The translations under genes were made by a program, and so were the position numbers. A stretch of DNA of 64,000 nucleotides, taken from Sedimentisphaerales bacterium. Lineage in GTDB: Bacteria > Planctomycetota > Phycisphaerae > Sedimentisphaerales > SM23-30. Positions within the stretch are counted from its first letter, which is position 1; the number at the start of each line of letters is the position of its first letter. The notes below the pieces were generated by a model that worked only from the letters and a program-made list of their open reading frames with translations, ran no database searches and had not been told where the DNA came from. The DNA lies in contig CAXXMR010000012.1 in assembly GCA_963663805.2 (NCBI GenBank), positions 416,001-480,000 of the forward strand, given 5' to 3'. Below, one piece after another: positions 8,856 to 19,535 of the stretch.

Positions 8856-10145
8856 ATGAGAGGACAGATGTCTTTAAGTGAAAAACGGTTATTGAAGCAA
8901 GCCAAGAAAAGTCAAAAAAGAACTCTCGACCAAAGATTGTTTTTAAAAGACAAAAGATATTATGAGTTCAAAGGCAAGGTTGCCGAAGAAGTTTTGCACA
9001 TGTTGGCTCAAAAAACATTTCTGACAGATTGGTGCTATCTGAACCCCATGTTATCAAGTGGAAAGGAATTGTGTGATTTATTGGTGGTTTTTGATGACAC
9101 TGCTATTATTTGGCAACTAAAAGATGTCAAGCTTGATAAGACCTTACACATCAAAGAGAAGGATTACAGAAAAAATATCAGACAGACATTAGGTGCATAC
9201 AGACATCTCTCGCAATTAAAAACATCAGTTGAACTTATTAATCCGAGGCGTGGCAAAGAACGTTTTGATTCATCAAAAATAAAACATTATTATTTAATAT
9301 CATCGTTTTTTGGTGATGTGCCTTTTACTTTAAATGCGATAGAGAATGCCAAAGATAAATTCTTACATGTCTTTAATAGAGAATTCACGGAAATCATTTT
9401 AAATGAATTGGACACAATATCTGATTTTATGAAATATCTTTCTGAAAAAGAGCGTTTCTTTTCTTTAAGTAATGCTGAGTTTTTAATTAATGGCGGCGAA
9501 GAAGAATTACTGGCTTACTATATCTTCAATGATAAATCATTTAATAGATTGCTTGAAGGTAATTATGAAGCGATAATGATGGAGGGTGGAGTCTGGGATG
9601 ATTTAAAATCAAGGCAGGAATATAAAGCGAAATGCAATGCTGATAAAATTAGTTATTTATGGGATGATCTTATCGACAAATGTCATACAGGAGATAATAA
9701 TGAGTATGAAAAGATTGCCAGAGAGTTAGCAAGATTCAATCGCTTTGACAGAAGAAATCTGTCGATTGCCTTTACTGAATTAGGAAGAAAGGCAAACCAA
9801 GGTGTGTGCGGGTATGCATATCGCAGAACACTCCAAATTTTAGGTGTTACGTGCTGTTTTCTGTGTTATGGAGATTCTAATGATTGCAAGAGTAGGGAAT
9901 TACGAAAAAAGTTATTGGAAGCCTTTTGTTTTATTGCTCGGGGCACGCTTGGAAATTCAAAAGTAGTTGGTATCGCTACAGACCAGAGTACCAAGAAGGA
10001 AATTGCATTTGACTTTTGCCTGTTTGATATTCCTGATTGGACAGATGATCATCAAATAAAAATGGAATTACTTCAAAAAGACACAAAGATGTTGACCAAG
10101 CCAACTCAATATATTAAACGTTTTACAGAATATCCACAAGTTTAG
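8856..10145 (+). CDS. Putative PD-(D/E)xK/NERD-like nuclease-domain protein
   Basis: GKVAEE...ELCDLLVVFDDTAIIWQLKD resembles an E...D...(Q/E)xK nuclease signature; family assignment by eye. Confidence 0.5.
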   Translation: MRGQMSLSEKRLLKQAKKSQKRTLDQRLFLKDKRYYEFKGKVAEEVLHMLAQKTFLTDWCYLNPMLSSGKELCDLLVVFDDTAIIWQLKDVKLDKTLHIKEKDYRKNIRQTLGAYRHLSQLKTSVELINPRRGKERFDSSKIKHYYLISSFFGDVPFTLNAIENAKDKFLHVFNREFTEIILNELDTISDFMKYLSEKERFFSLSNAEFLINGGEEELLAYYIFNDKSFNRLLEGNYEAIMMEGGVWDDLKSRQEYKAKCNADKISYLWDDLIDKCHTGDNNEYEKIARELARFNRFDRRNLSIAFTELGRKANQGVCGYAYRRTLQILGVTCCFLCYGDSNDCKSRELRKKLLEAFCFIARGTLGNSKVVGIATDQSTKKEIAFDFCLFDIPDWTDDHQIKMELLQKDTKMLTKPTQYIKRFTEYPQV

Positions 10146-10154
10146 GTTAGAATA

Positions 10155-13100
10155 ATGAATAACATCCCTTCCTTTTTAGAAGACCGAATATCACAGATAC
10201 CTGCTTTGCAGTATTTGATTAATTTGGGTTATGAATATATTAGTCCTGAACAGGCATTTGGTCTTCGAGGTGAAAAATACAGTAATGTTCTGCTGGAAGA
10301 TGTTCTGCAAGAGCAATTACGCAAGATTAATGTTATTTCATTCAAGGGTAAACAGTATCCCTTCAGTAATGTAAATATCAGCCGGGCGGTCGAGGCTCTC
10401 AAGGTTCCGCTGGTGGATGGGCTGGTTAAAACCAATGAGCAGATTTATGACCTGCTCTGTCTGGGTAAGAGTTTTGAGGAGACTATCGGCGGAGATACCA
10501 AGAGTTTTCAGTTACAGTATATAGACTGGTTTAATCCGGAAAACAATGTATTCCAGGTCACAGCAGAGTTTCCCGTAGCCAGAACCCAAACCGACCAGCA
10601 GCGTCGTCCTGATATCGTGCTGTTTATTAATGGTATCCCTGTCTGTGTTATTGAATGCAAATCCGCTATTCTTGACAGCAGCGGCAAGAAGAAACCCGTA
10701 GAGCAAGCCGTCAGCCAGCAAATCTTCAATCAAGGTCAGGAGCAGATACCAGGATTATATATCTATTCTCAATTGCTTCTGGCAGTCAGTCCTAATGAAG
10801 TAAAATACGCTACTACCAATACACCAGCGGAGTTCTGGTCAGTATGGAAAGAAAAAGGGCTGGATAAGAAACAGGTAAAATCACTGGCTAATCAGCCTTT
10901 GGATAAGCAAATGAAAGAGCAGCTCTTTTCCGGGGTATTTGCTGAATGTCGGGATTATTTCGAGAATCTGGAAAAACAGGGTGAGAGGGAAATAAGAGAA
11001 CAGGATAAAGCCTTATATTGCTTATGCAATAAGGAACGGCTGTTGGAACTGATATATCAGTTTATTGTTTTTGATGCCGGCGAGAAGAAAATAGCCCGCT
11101 ATCAGCAGTATTTTGCGGTTAAAAACACGCTCAGCAGGGTAAAATCCTTTGATAAATTTCATAAGCGTCAGGGGGGAGTTATCTGGCATACACAGGGTTC
11201 GGGTAAATCCATTACAATGGTGATGATAGCCAAGGCATTGGCACTGGAACCCACTATTCTTAATCCCCGGATTATAGTGGTTACTGACCGGGTTGACCTG
11301 GATGAGCAGATTCATGAGACCTTCAGGCATTGCGGCAAGGACCCTCGAAAAGCCGCTACCGGCAGACATCTTACCCAACTCATCGAGGAGAAAAAAGAAG
11401 CGGTTATTACCACCGTATTGGACAAGTTTGATTCCGCGTTGAATATCAAGAACTTCAAGGATGAGGGGACCGAGATCTTCATCCTGGTGGATGAGAGCCA
11501 TAGAAGTCAATACGGCAGAATGCATACCAGAATGAGGAAGGTATTTCCCAATGCCTGTTATATTGGATTTACGGGTACTCCTCTGCTGAAAAAGGATAAA
11601 AGCACGGCTGCTAAATTTGGCGGTTTTATTGAACCGAAATACACCATTGACCAGGCAGTGGAAGATAAAGCCGTGGTGAGGCTGTTATATGAAGGCAGAC
11701 ATGCGGTGCAGGAGGTGGATCAGAAGTCTATAGATGCCTGGTTTGAGCGTATCACACGGAATCTGACTACCAGACAAAAGGCGGACCTGAAGCGTAAATT
11801 CAGTAATGCCGACCATCTCAATAAGGCAGACCAGAAGATATATCGTATTGCTTACGATATAAGTGACCATTTTGTGAGTAACTGGCAGGGAACCGGATTT
11901 AAGGCACAATTAGCGGCACCTTCCAAAGTTACAGCCTTGAAATATAAGCAGTATCTCGATGAATTCAGCATGGTTAAATCCGAAGTACTTATTTCCGGAC
12001 CTGATGTGAGAGAGGATAATGAGGAAGTAGATGAAGACCCCAAGAATGAAGTGCGGAAATTCTGGGATAAGATGATGAAGCGGTATGGCAGCGAGGAGCA
12101 ATACAATAAAAAACTCATAAGCCAATTTAAATATGAGGATGAACCCGAAATCATCATTGTGGTATCTAAATTACTGACCGGCTTTGATGCTCCCCGTAAT
12201 ACAGTATTATATCTGGCTAAAACCTTAAAACAGCATAGTCTTCTTCAGGCAATTGCCCGAGTAAACCGTCTCTATGAAGGCAAGGAATACGGCTATATTC
12301 TCGATTATTATGGAGTATTGGGTGAACTTAACGATGCCTTGACCACTTATCGTGCTTTGGAGGGGTTTGACCAGGCAGATGTCGAGGGCACGATTATAAA
12401 TGTGTGGGAAGAGGTAAAGACCCTCAAGCAGAAACATTCAGCATTATGGGATATATTTAAGACTATTAAGAATAAGATGGATGAAGAGGCTTATGAGCAA
12501 TTACTGAATGATGAACAGTGTCGAGACCAGTTCTATAAACGGTTATCACAGTATTCCCGAACTCTTAATATTGCTCTATCTACTATAAGATTTCTGGAAG
12601 AAACTCCGGAAAAGACCATTGAGAAATATAAACAGGATTTACATTTTTTCCAGAAATTAAGAGTATCTGTTAAAAAACGTTATTCTGATGAAATCGATTA
12701 TAAAGAATATGAATCCAAAATTCAAAAACTGATAGACACTTATATTAATACCGAAGAGATTCTGCAAATTACGGAATTGGTGGATATCTTTGATAAGGAT
12801 AAGTTTGAGGAAGAGGTTAGTAAACTGGAAAGCCCCCGAGCCAGGGCGGATACCATTGCCAATCGCACCAAAAAGACAATTATTGAGAAGATGGAAGAGG
12901 ATCCGGTATTTTATAAGAAGTTCTCACGATTATTGGAAGATACTATTGATGAATTTATGGCAAGAAGGCTTTCTGATGCAGAATATCTCAAGAAAGTCAC
13001 GGAAATAATGAATGCCGTGGTAAATCGCACCGGGGATGATGCTCCTGAAACTCTAAAGAACCGAGAAATTGCCAAGGCATTTTATGGTATTGTTTATGAA

Positions 13101-13361
13101 ATTATCAAGAAGTTTGACAATAAGGATATAAAAGCAAAAGAATTTGCAGCAGAATTAGGCTTGAAGATTGATGATATCATTCAGGAAAATCTGATAGTGG
13201 ACTGGATTAATAATCCTGATATTCAGAATATGATAATGAATAAAATTGAGGATTATTTATATCATGTTCAGGATGAAAATGGCATAGAAATGTCATACGA
13301 TGAAATTGACTCTATTCTGGACCAGACTCTCAACGTCGCTAAAGCAAGGTATGCCGGTTGA
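10155..13361 (+). CDS. hsdR: Type I restriction endonuclease subunit R
   Basis: RRPDIVLFINGIP..IECK nuclease, WHTQGSGKS Walker A, DESHR, GFTGTP, LLTGFDAP, LQAIARVNR. Confidence 0.97.
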   Translation: MNNIPSFLEDRISQIPALQYLINLGYEYISPEQAFGLRGEKYSNVLLEDVLQEQLRKINVISFKGKQYPFSNVNISRAVEALKVPLVDGLVKTNEQIYDLLCLGKSFEETIGGDTKSFQLQYIDWFNPENNVFQVTAEFPVARTQTDQQRRPDIVLFINGIPVCVIECKSAILDSSGKKKPVEQAVSQQIFNQGQEQIPGLYIYSQLLLAVSPNEVKYATTNTPAEFWSVWKEKGLDKKQVKSLANQPLDKQMKEQLFSGVFAECRDYFENLEKQGEREIREQDKALYCLCNKERLLELIYQFIVFDAGEKKIARYQQYFAVKNTLSRVKSFDKFHKRQGGVIWHTQGSGKSITMVMIAKALALEPTILNPRIIVVTDRVDLDEQIHETFRHCGKDPRKAATGRHLTQLIEEKKEAVITTVLDKFDSALNIKNFKDEGTEIFILVDESHRSQYGRMHTRMRKVFPNACYIGFTGTPLLKKDKSTAAKFGGFIEPKYTIDQAVEDKAVVRLLYEGRHAVQEVDQKSIDAWFERITRNLTTRQKADLKRKFSNADHLNKADQKIYRIAYDISDHFVSNWQGTGFKAQLAAPSKVTALKYKQYLDEFSMVKSEVLISGPDVREDNEEVDEDPKNEVRKFWDKMMKRYGSEEQYNKKLISQFKYEDEPEIIIVVSKLLTGFDAPRNTVLYLAKTLKQHSLLQAIARVNRLYEGKEYGYILDYYGVLGELNDALTTYRALEGFDQADVEGTIINVWEEVKTLKQKHSALWDIFKTIKNKMDEEAYEQLLNDEQCRDQFYKRLSQYSRTLNIALSTIRFLEETPEKTIEKYKQDLHFFQKLRVSVKKRYSDEIDYKEYESKIQKLIDTYINTEEILQITELVDIFDKDKFEEEVSKLESPRARADTIANRTKKTIIEKMEEDPVFYKKFSRLLEDTIDEFMARRLSDAEYLKKVTEIMNAVVNRTGDDAPETLKNREIAKAFYGIVYEIIKKFDNKDIKAKEFAAELGLKIDDIIQENLIVDWINNPDIQNMIMNKIEDYLYHVQDENGIEMSYDEIDSILDQTLNVAKARYAG

Positions 13362-14071
13362 TGTCAAACATTCATAAAATACAATATGGCAAAGAAGTAA
13401 TTTCTTATGACCTTACTTATAGCCGTCGAAAGACCTTGGAAATTAGTGTTTATCCGGATTTATCGGTAAAGGTTAAGGCTCCGGAGAACAGGTCATTTGA
13501 AGAAATCAGAGCCAAAATCATGAAGAGAGCCTCCTGGATAATTGAGCAGAAATATTTCTTTTCTCTGTTCTTACCCAAACAACCTGTCAGGCAATATATA
13601 AGTGGAGAAACTCATTCCTATTTAGGCAGAAATTATAGATTAAAACTCATTAATTCTGAAAATGAAGAAGTGAAATTAGTAAGAGGTATTATTTACATTT
13701 ATACAAAAGACAGGTCAAACGCCGTTCATAATAAGAAGTTATTGGAAAAATGGTATAAGGATAGAGCAAAAGATTATTTTGAGCAGAGATTGGATAAATG
13801 TATAGAGAAGGTAAAGAAATATAATATCAGAAAACCTCCTTTGACTATTAGAAATATGTCGAAGAGATGGGGAAGTTGTTCAAAAAATGGAGTCTTGACC
13901 TTAAATACTCATTTAATAAAATCTCCATCTAATTGCATTGATTATGTAATTACTCATGAATTGTGCCATTTAAAATATTTTGGTCATAGTAAAGCATTTT
14001 ATGGATTATTAGTAAAGATGATGCCTGATTGGGAGAAAAGAAAGAAAAGGTTGGAGAAGGTTTTGATATGA
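13358..14071 (+). CDS. YgjP/DUF45-like M48 zinc metalloprotease commonly linked to hsdR
   Basis: RWGSCS and IDYVITHELCHL (HExxH) motifs; follows hsdR. Confidence 0.9.
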   Translation: MMSNIHKIQYGKEVISYDLTYSRRKTLEISVYPDLSVKVKAPENRSFEEIRAKIMKRASWIIEQKYFFSLFLPKQPVRQYISGETHSYLGRNYRLKLINSENEEVKLVRGIIYIYTKDRSNAVHNKKLLEKWYKDRAKDYFEQRLDKCIEKVKKYNIRKPPLTIRNMSKRWGSCSKNGVLTLNTHLIKSPSNCIDYVITHELCHLKYFGHSKAFYGLLVKMMPDWEKRKKRLEKVLI

Positions 14072-14230
14072 AAATGGATGATAGATAAATGAGAATATTG
14101 TCAGATTTGTAAAAATCAGATGAGAATAAGAAAAGAAAAAGAGAAATATTTCATAAGATGTAATGATTGTAATAAGGAAAAAGTATATTTTATAGGATGA
14201 GAACTCAGTATCATCAAATGGATATAATCT

Positions 14231-14935
14231 ATGATACCATTTAAAACAATACTTCATTATTCATATGTATTGAAACTTTCAGAACCAGAACGACATAATG
14301 TTCATAAGATTATAACCCATAGTGAAAATATGTTCCATGATACAATTAAAGACATATGTAGAATTGGAAAAGTTTCAGAATTAGATGATATATTCAAAGA
14401 TGATTATAATATAGAATTACTTATGGAATTTGATAATTGGGGTTGCGTAGAAAACTTTGACGATTTTCCCATTTCCCCCAAATGTGTTTACACAGCATTC
14501 TTTTCAACTGATGGCAGTTGTCCTTTTCATGGGGTTCGTTATTATGATAACGCTAAAACAGCAGCAACAAATGAATTCCAAAGATTATTAGCAAATGAAT
14601 GTTTCTGTGGAATCAGTTGCGATGAAGAATCACAATGTGTGCTTGATAGATGTAAAAGAATATCTACTGACATGAGTCTATTACTTTCATGGATGTATGA
14701 CTCATTACCAGACGAAGAGGATATTTTGAAAGCCCTTAGAATCATTTTTAAACAGTTTGAGCATTCATATGGAACTATCGATTCATTCGAGAGGGCTGTT
14801 AAAAAACTACCTTATGAAACTTCACGGTCTTTCTTCATATCAACTGATAATAATTCTAAAACGCCTAATTTCTTTTGCTTTGATTGGGATAATTATGAAC
14901 ATATCGAATCGAATGGCTTCGTAAGCACCTATTGA
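14231..14935 (+). CDS. Hypothetical protein
   Basis: 234-aa ORF in AT-rich DNA; no recognised motif. Confidence 0.55.
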   Translation: MIPFKTILHYSYVLKLSEPERHNVHKIITHSENMFHDTIKDICRIGKVSELDDIFKDDYNIELLMEFDNWGCVENFDDFPISPKCVYTAFFSTDGSCPFHGVRYYDNAKTAATNEFQRLLANECFCGISCDEESQCVLDRCKRISTDMSLLLSWMYDSLPDEEDILKALRIIFKQFEHSYGTIDSFERAVKKLPYETSRSFFISTDNNSKTPNFFCFDWDNYEHIESNGFVSTY

Positions 14936-15036
14936 GTTCCTTAAATGGAATTTGATTTTAAAGCATTTGTTTAATTCTGGACTTCTTGCAAAGAAAACAA
15001 GATATTATAAAATGAAACTTATAAGGAAATAATCCC

Positions 15037-15825
15037 ATGAATGATAAAATAACAATAATTCTGACGGAAGAGCAAAGAGATTTACTAATCGAGTATGAAC
15101 CTTATTTTGTGGATGATAAGGTTTTTAAACTCATATCTATTGCCATTAAAAAAGAAAATAAATATGAGATATACCTGGATGAAGAAGAATTGGAAGAATT
15201 AATAGACCAAGTTGCTGAATTAGCAAATAATGAAAAGGATGAAGTACTTAAATATCAATTAGATGATATTTGTGATTTTTTAGAAGATGTATCTGATGAT
15301 TTACAAGATTCTGAAGATGATGAAGACAGTGATTATTCTGAATTTTCGCAGGAAACAGGTTCTGTTTTTATTTTAAAAGTTTCCCTGGCTTATGAAAAGG
15401 AAATATGGAGGAAGATTGCCATAAGGGAAGGACAGTCCTTACATGATTTACATATGATAATTTTTGAGGCATTTGATCGATTTGAAGACCATATGTATTC
15501 TTTCTTTATTAATCCCACAATTAAAAAGTTTGACCCTCGGAAAATATATAAATCTGCTGATGAATACACTCATCCTTTTGCTTGCGAAGAAGAACCTGAT
15601 AAAGAGAATGCTGAAAAAACTACTATTGGCTCTTTGAATTTGAAAGAGAAGGAAAGGTTTTATTATCTGTTTGATTTTGGGGATGAATGGTGGCATGAAA
15701 TAACAGTTGAGCAGACAGATGGAGAAGCGGATGATGATGAATATCCCCGAGTTATAGAGGAACAAGGTGAATCACCAGAGCAGTATGAGGATTATGATGA
15801 AGACTTTGATGATGAAGAAGATTAA
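15037..15825 (+). CDS. Plasmid pRiA4b ORF-3 family protein with acidic N-terminal extension
   Basis: IWRKIAI...SLHDLHMIIFEAF...HMYSF and YYLFDFGDEWWHEITVE...YPRV..QGESPEQY motifs. Confidence 0.85.
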   Translation: MNDKITIILTEEQRDLLIEYEPYFVDDKVFKLISIAIKKENKYEIYLDEEELEELIDQVAELANNEKDEVLKYQLDDICDFLEDVSDDLQDSEDDEDSDYSEFSQETGSVFILKVSLAYEKEIWRKIAIREGQSLHDLHMIIFEAFDRFEDHMYSFFINPTIKKFDPRKIYKSADEYTHPFACEEEPDKENAEKTTIGSLNLKEKERFYYLFDFGDEWWHEITVEQTDGEADDDEYPRVIEEQGESPEQYEDYDEDFDDEED

Positions 15826-15843
15826 CCATATAATATTCGGAGT

Positions 15844-16785
15844 ATGTTTATGGGTTTAATTGGTGAATCCTTGGCTTCTCAATTTAAGAGATTTGATAGG
15901 GATGCCTCGTTCCAGGCACAGGTAAAGAAATTAGAGAAAATAGGCAGCAAACCTTCAGGAGTGCATGATTTAAAGGAAATTATTGAACAAGGCTATGACC
16001 CTCTCCATGCCGCATATATTGTTATGCAAAATCATACTTCAGTATTTGCGGAAAAAATCTCCATATTAGGCGAATTGAAGGCATATTACGATATCGCAGA
16101 GTCTGCCGAAGATGAATATATGCCTTCCGCTCCGCCAATGAGTCCTTTGACAAGCAGTTATTTCACCTGCTGGGCATTTTTTGATTTGCAATTTGGTCCT
16201 GACAAAGAAACGATAGGAACCTGTTATCTGGATTTAGCGGAACAGGCGAAATTCTACCCTGATAGTGTCCACATCATGGAGTTGATGCAGAACTCCAGGA
16301 TGGGTATCTATGAGCATTGCGGGATCCAGGACGGCAGAGTTTTATTGCAGGATATTGTGACTCAGGATGAGCATCTTTGTTATGTGCCCACAGGATATAG
16401 CGGCAAAAAAGGACAGTGCTGGTATGTCAGAATATTGCCGCCGATTAATGAATACTTTGATTACAGCGTTGTTTTCAATACTCCTTATATATTAACAGGA
16501 GAATCAAAGGAAGACTGGCTTTCATTCATCAAAAGAGCCAGGGCAGGCTCAGCCGACGGCGATATCTCATATTATGATTTTATGAAATACGGGTTGGATA
16601 TAAATTATTGGAATGAATTTGTATTTATGGCTTATCTTAATCATCAAAGTGATGCAATATTTCTAAAAGGTATTCCTGATGTAACAGAAAGTATGCCTCA
16701 TGGGGATTTAAAGAGAAAAGAACCAAGCCAGCCCGTTAGAAGAGATAGAAGTAAAGTTTCAAGAAATAAAAAAAGAAGAAAATAA
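15844..16785 (+). CDS. Hypothetical protein
   Basis: 313-aa ORF in operon arrangement; EDEYMPSAPPMSPLTSSYF segment; basic C-terminal tail. Confidence 0.7.
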   Translation: MFMGLIGESLASQFKRFDRDASFQAQVKKLEKIGSKPSGVHDLKEIIEQGYDPLHAAYIVMQNHTSVFAEKISILGELKAYYDIAESAEDEYMPSAPPMSPLTSSYFTCWAFFDLQFGPDKETIGTCYLDLAEQAKFYPDSVHIMELMQNSRMGIYEHCGIQDGRVLLQDIVTQDEHLCYVPTGYSGKKGQCWYVRILPPINEYFDYSVVFNTPYILTGESKEDWLSFIKRARAGSADGDISYYDFMKYGLDINYWNEFVFMAYLNHQSDAIFLKGIPDVTESMPHGDLKRKEPSQPVRRDRSKVSRNKKRRK

Positions 16786-16791
16786 AGATAA

Positions 16792-18012
16792 TTGATTATG
16801 GCTGTTAAACATAAATGGAAGTTTAAATCTTACTTTCGCAGAGAAGCATACGGGTGGAACGGCACTGCCAAGGCTTCTAAACGTATGAAGGAAGCAGTCT
16901 CGGAAATCAAGAAAGTCGCTAAGACTGACTCTGCTCTTGCCGGTGAGGGAGTAATTGCCTTAATTGTCCGTCTGTATCCTGCCGTTATGGATATTGACAG
17001 TTCTTCGGGAGCGTTAGGCACAGCCATAAATAATACCATTGATGCCCTTATTCCCATTCTTATTAGGGCAGACTGGGATATGAATACCAGGGGTAAACTC
17101 CTGGAAGAACTTTATGAAGCCATAATTGAGGATGGCTGGGACATTTTAGGTGACTTGAGGGATTGCTGGGGAGAAATCTGTGTATATCCCGGTTTAGCCC
17201 ATCTGTGGGCAGACAGACTGATTGCTGGAGTAAGAGATACTTGGACCAGCGAAGGATATTCATATTTTGTCGGGTCGGATATGTGCTTGTCCTGTCTGGT
17301 CTATACCGAACGCTATAATGAATTACAGGAATTGTTAGAACTGCAATCCAAGCCATTTTGGTCATACAACAAGTTCTGGGCTAAAGCCTTGATAAAGCAG
17401 GGAAGACCCCAGGAGGCTCTTGATTACGCATATCAAATGAGCACTAAATCAACAACGGATTATCAAGAACCTGAAATTGATGCTTTCTGCGAAGACATCC
17501 TTATTGATATGGGCAGAATTGAGGAAGCATATGAACAGTATGGTTTAAGAAATACATCATACACTACCTATCTCAACAGATATCGTGGGATTTGTAAAAA
17601 ATATCCCGCCATAGATAAAAGAAAAATATTGACTGACCTCATAGAAAGAGTAGGTCATAAAGGAAAATGGTTTGCTGCTGCTAAAACCGCAGGATATTTA
17701 AATATTGCCCTTGAATGTGCCTTATCTGAAGAATCTGACCCTAATACTCTCTTAAGAGCGTGCAGAGATTTTGCTGATAAAGATTTTGAATTTGCTCTCA
17801 ATGTAGGAATTCAGGGAATAATAAGACTGCTTACAGGAACTTTTTATGATGAAGTAAGACCCCTTGATATTGAGATGGCATATTATCAAGTAGCAAAGAT
17901 TGCTGAAGAAAAGGGAAAGGCTCAGGATTTCAAATCATTATTAGGCAGAGAAATTATGAAGCATCAATGCAAGCCTAATTTGAGAGAAGTTATTTTTAAT
18001 AAGTTGGGATAA
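16792..18012 (+). CDS. Alpha-helical hypothetical protein
   Basis: 406-aa ORF with KWKFKSYFRREAYGW, DSSSGALG and GKWFAAAK segments; helical repeat-like composition. Confidence 0.75.
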   Translation: MIMAVKHKWKFKSYFRREAYGWNGTAKASKRMKEAVSEIKKVAKTDSALAGEGVIALIVRLYPAVMDIDSSSGALGTAINNTIDALIPILIRADWDMNTRGKLLEELYEAIIEDGWDILGDLRDCWGEICVYPGLAHLWADRLIAGVRDTWTSEGYSYFVGSDMCLSCLVYTERYNELQELLELQSKPFWSYNKFWAKALIKQGRPQEALDYAYQMSTKSTTDYQEPEIDAFCEDILIDMGRIEEAYEQYGLRNTSYTTYLNRYRGICKKYPAIDKRKILTDLIERVGHKGKWFAAAKTAGYLNIALECALSEESDPNTLLRACRDFADKDFEFALNVGIQGIIRLLTGTFYDEVRPLDIEMAYYQVAKIAEEKGKAQDFKSLLGREIMKHQCKPNLREVIFNKLG

Positions 18013-18149
18013 AGAAGTAATTAATTCGCAGTTAGATGACAAGCCAATATACTAAACAAAAGTTATACCTTTTAATCTGTGAAAGATAGTCGAAATCAAT
18101 CTGACAATATCAGCATTATCTACAAATGTAGGATGAAATATTGACTAAT

Positions 18150-19313
18150 TCAGATATTTCCTCTTTTCAAACTATCATCCCCATATTTATTTCTGATTTT
18201 ATCATATACTTCATCAATCTTTTTCTGTTTTTCTTCTTCAGGATCTGAAAATAATAATTTTTGACCACTGCCTTCAGATATCAGACCTGATGTCCCAAAT
18301 CCTAACAATCTTAATGCTCCAGGTGTTTTATTATGCCATTGATTAAATACTTTCTTTGACTCTTCAAAAAGAATATGAGTAATATTAGTGGGCTTATCCA
18401 ATGTTAAACTTCGAGTAATAGTTCTAAAATCCCCATATCGAAATTTCAGAGTAATTGTCCTGCATTCTACTTTTTCTGCTCTTAATCTCTGACTTACTTC
18501 ATCTACTTGATTTTGTAAAATATTCAATAATATATCTTTTTCCCTAATATCATTAGAGAATGTTTCTTCTGCGGAAATGCTTTTTGCATCAGTATATGAT
18601 TCAACTTTTCGATTATCTATCCCCTGGGCAAGTTTAATAATATCATCAACCTGGTTCTTAAAGATAGTTGATAATTTATATTTGGGAGAATTTCGGAGTT
18701 GCTGTATTGTATGAATTCCGTATTTCTCTAATTCTTTAGTGGTTACTTTTCCTATTCCCCAAATTCTTGATACAGGTAATGGATCTAAAGTCTCCTGTTT
18801 ATTCTCTTCTGAAATTATTACAAATCCATCAGGTTTATCTAAATCTGAAGCAAGTTTTGCCAGAAATTTATTAGGAGCAATTCCTACAGAAGCAGTTAAG
18901 CCTGTTTTATCTTTAATTTCAGATTTTATTTTTTTGCCAATATCTTCCGCCGAACCAAATATGCCAATACTGCCGGTTACATCCAGGAATGCTTCATCGA
19001 TAGAAATAGGCTCAATATCAGGAGTATAATTCTGAAAGATTTTATGGATTTGTTTTGATACTTCTACATATCTTGACATTCTTACCGGGAGGACTATTGC
19101 CTGGGGGCACAGACGGAGTGCCTGGCTCATAGGCATTGCGGAGTGAACTCCGTATTTCCTGGCTGCATAGGAACAGGCTGCAACCACTCCACGTTGCTCT
19201 GGAGAGCCTCCAACCAGGACAGGCTTGTCCTTTAAGGTTGGATTATCTTTTATCTCTACAGAGGCATAGAAGGCGTCCATATCAACGTGTATGATTTGCT
19301 TGATTAACTCCAT
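18150..19313 (-). CDS. dinB: DNA polymerase IV (Y family)
   Basis: IHVDMDAFYASVE, CSYAARKYGVHSAMP, SIDEAFLD, LAKLASDLDKPDG. Confidence 0.95.
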   Translation of the reverse strand: MELIKQIIHVDMDAFYASVEIKDNPTLKDKPVLVGGSPEQRGVVAACSYAARKYGVHSAMPMSQALRLCPQAIVLPVRMSRYVEVSKQIHKIFQNYTPDIEPISIDEAFLDVTGSIGIFGSAEDIGKKIKSEIKDKTGLTASVGIAPNKFLAKLASDLDKPDGFVIISEENKQETLDPLPVSRIWGIGKVTTKELEKYGIHTIQQLRNSPKYKLSTIFKNQVDDIIKLAQGIDNRKVESYTDAKSISAEETFSNDIREKDILLNILQNQVDEVSQRLRAEKVECRTITLKFRYGDFRTITRSLTLDKPTNITHILFEESKKVFNQWHNKTPGALRLLGFGTSGLISEGSGQKLLFSDPEEEKQKKIDEVYDKIRNKYGDDSLKRGNI

Positions 19314-19535
19314 ATTACCGTAATTATAATCATTGAGGGGTCGATGTCAAATAATCTATCGTCTTTTGGGGATTTCGTTTTGCTACAATAGTATAACCAA
19401 GATTCCTACTAAAACCTATTTCAATCATATAAATCACTAAAATTATGACTGGATTAAGTAACGAAATCCGGTTAAACATACTTAGTTGAGGTAATATCGG
19501 CAAAAAACGCAAATTGACGTTTTTGGAATCAGGGC

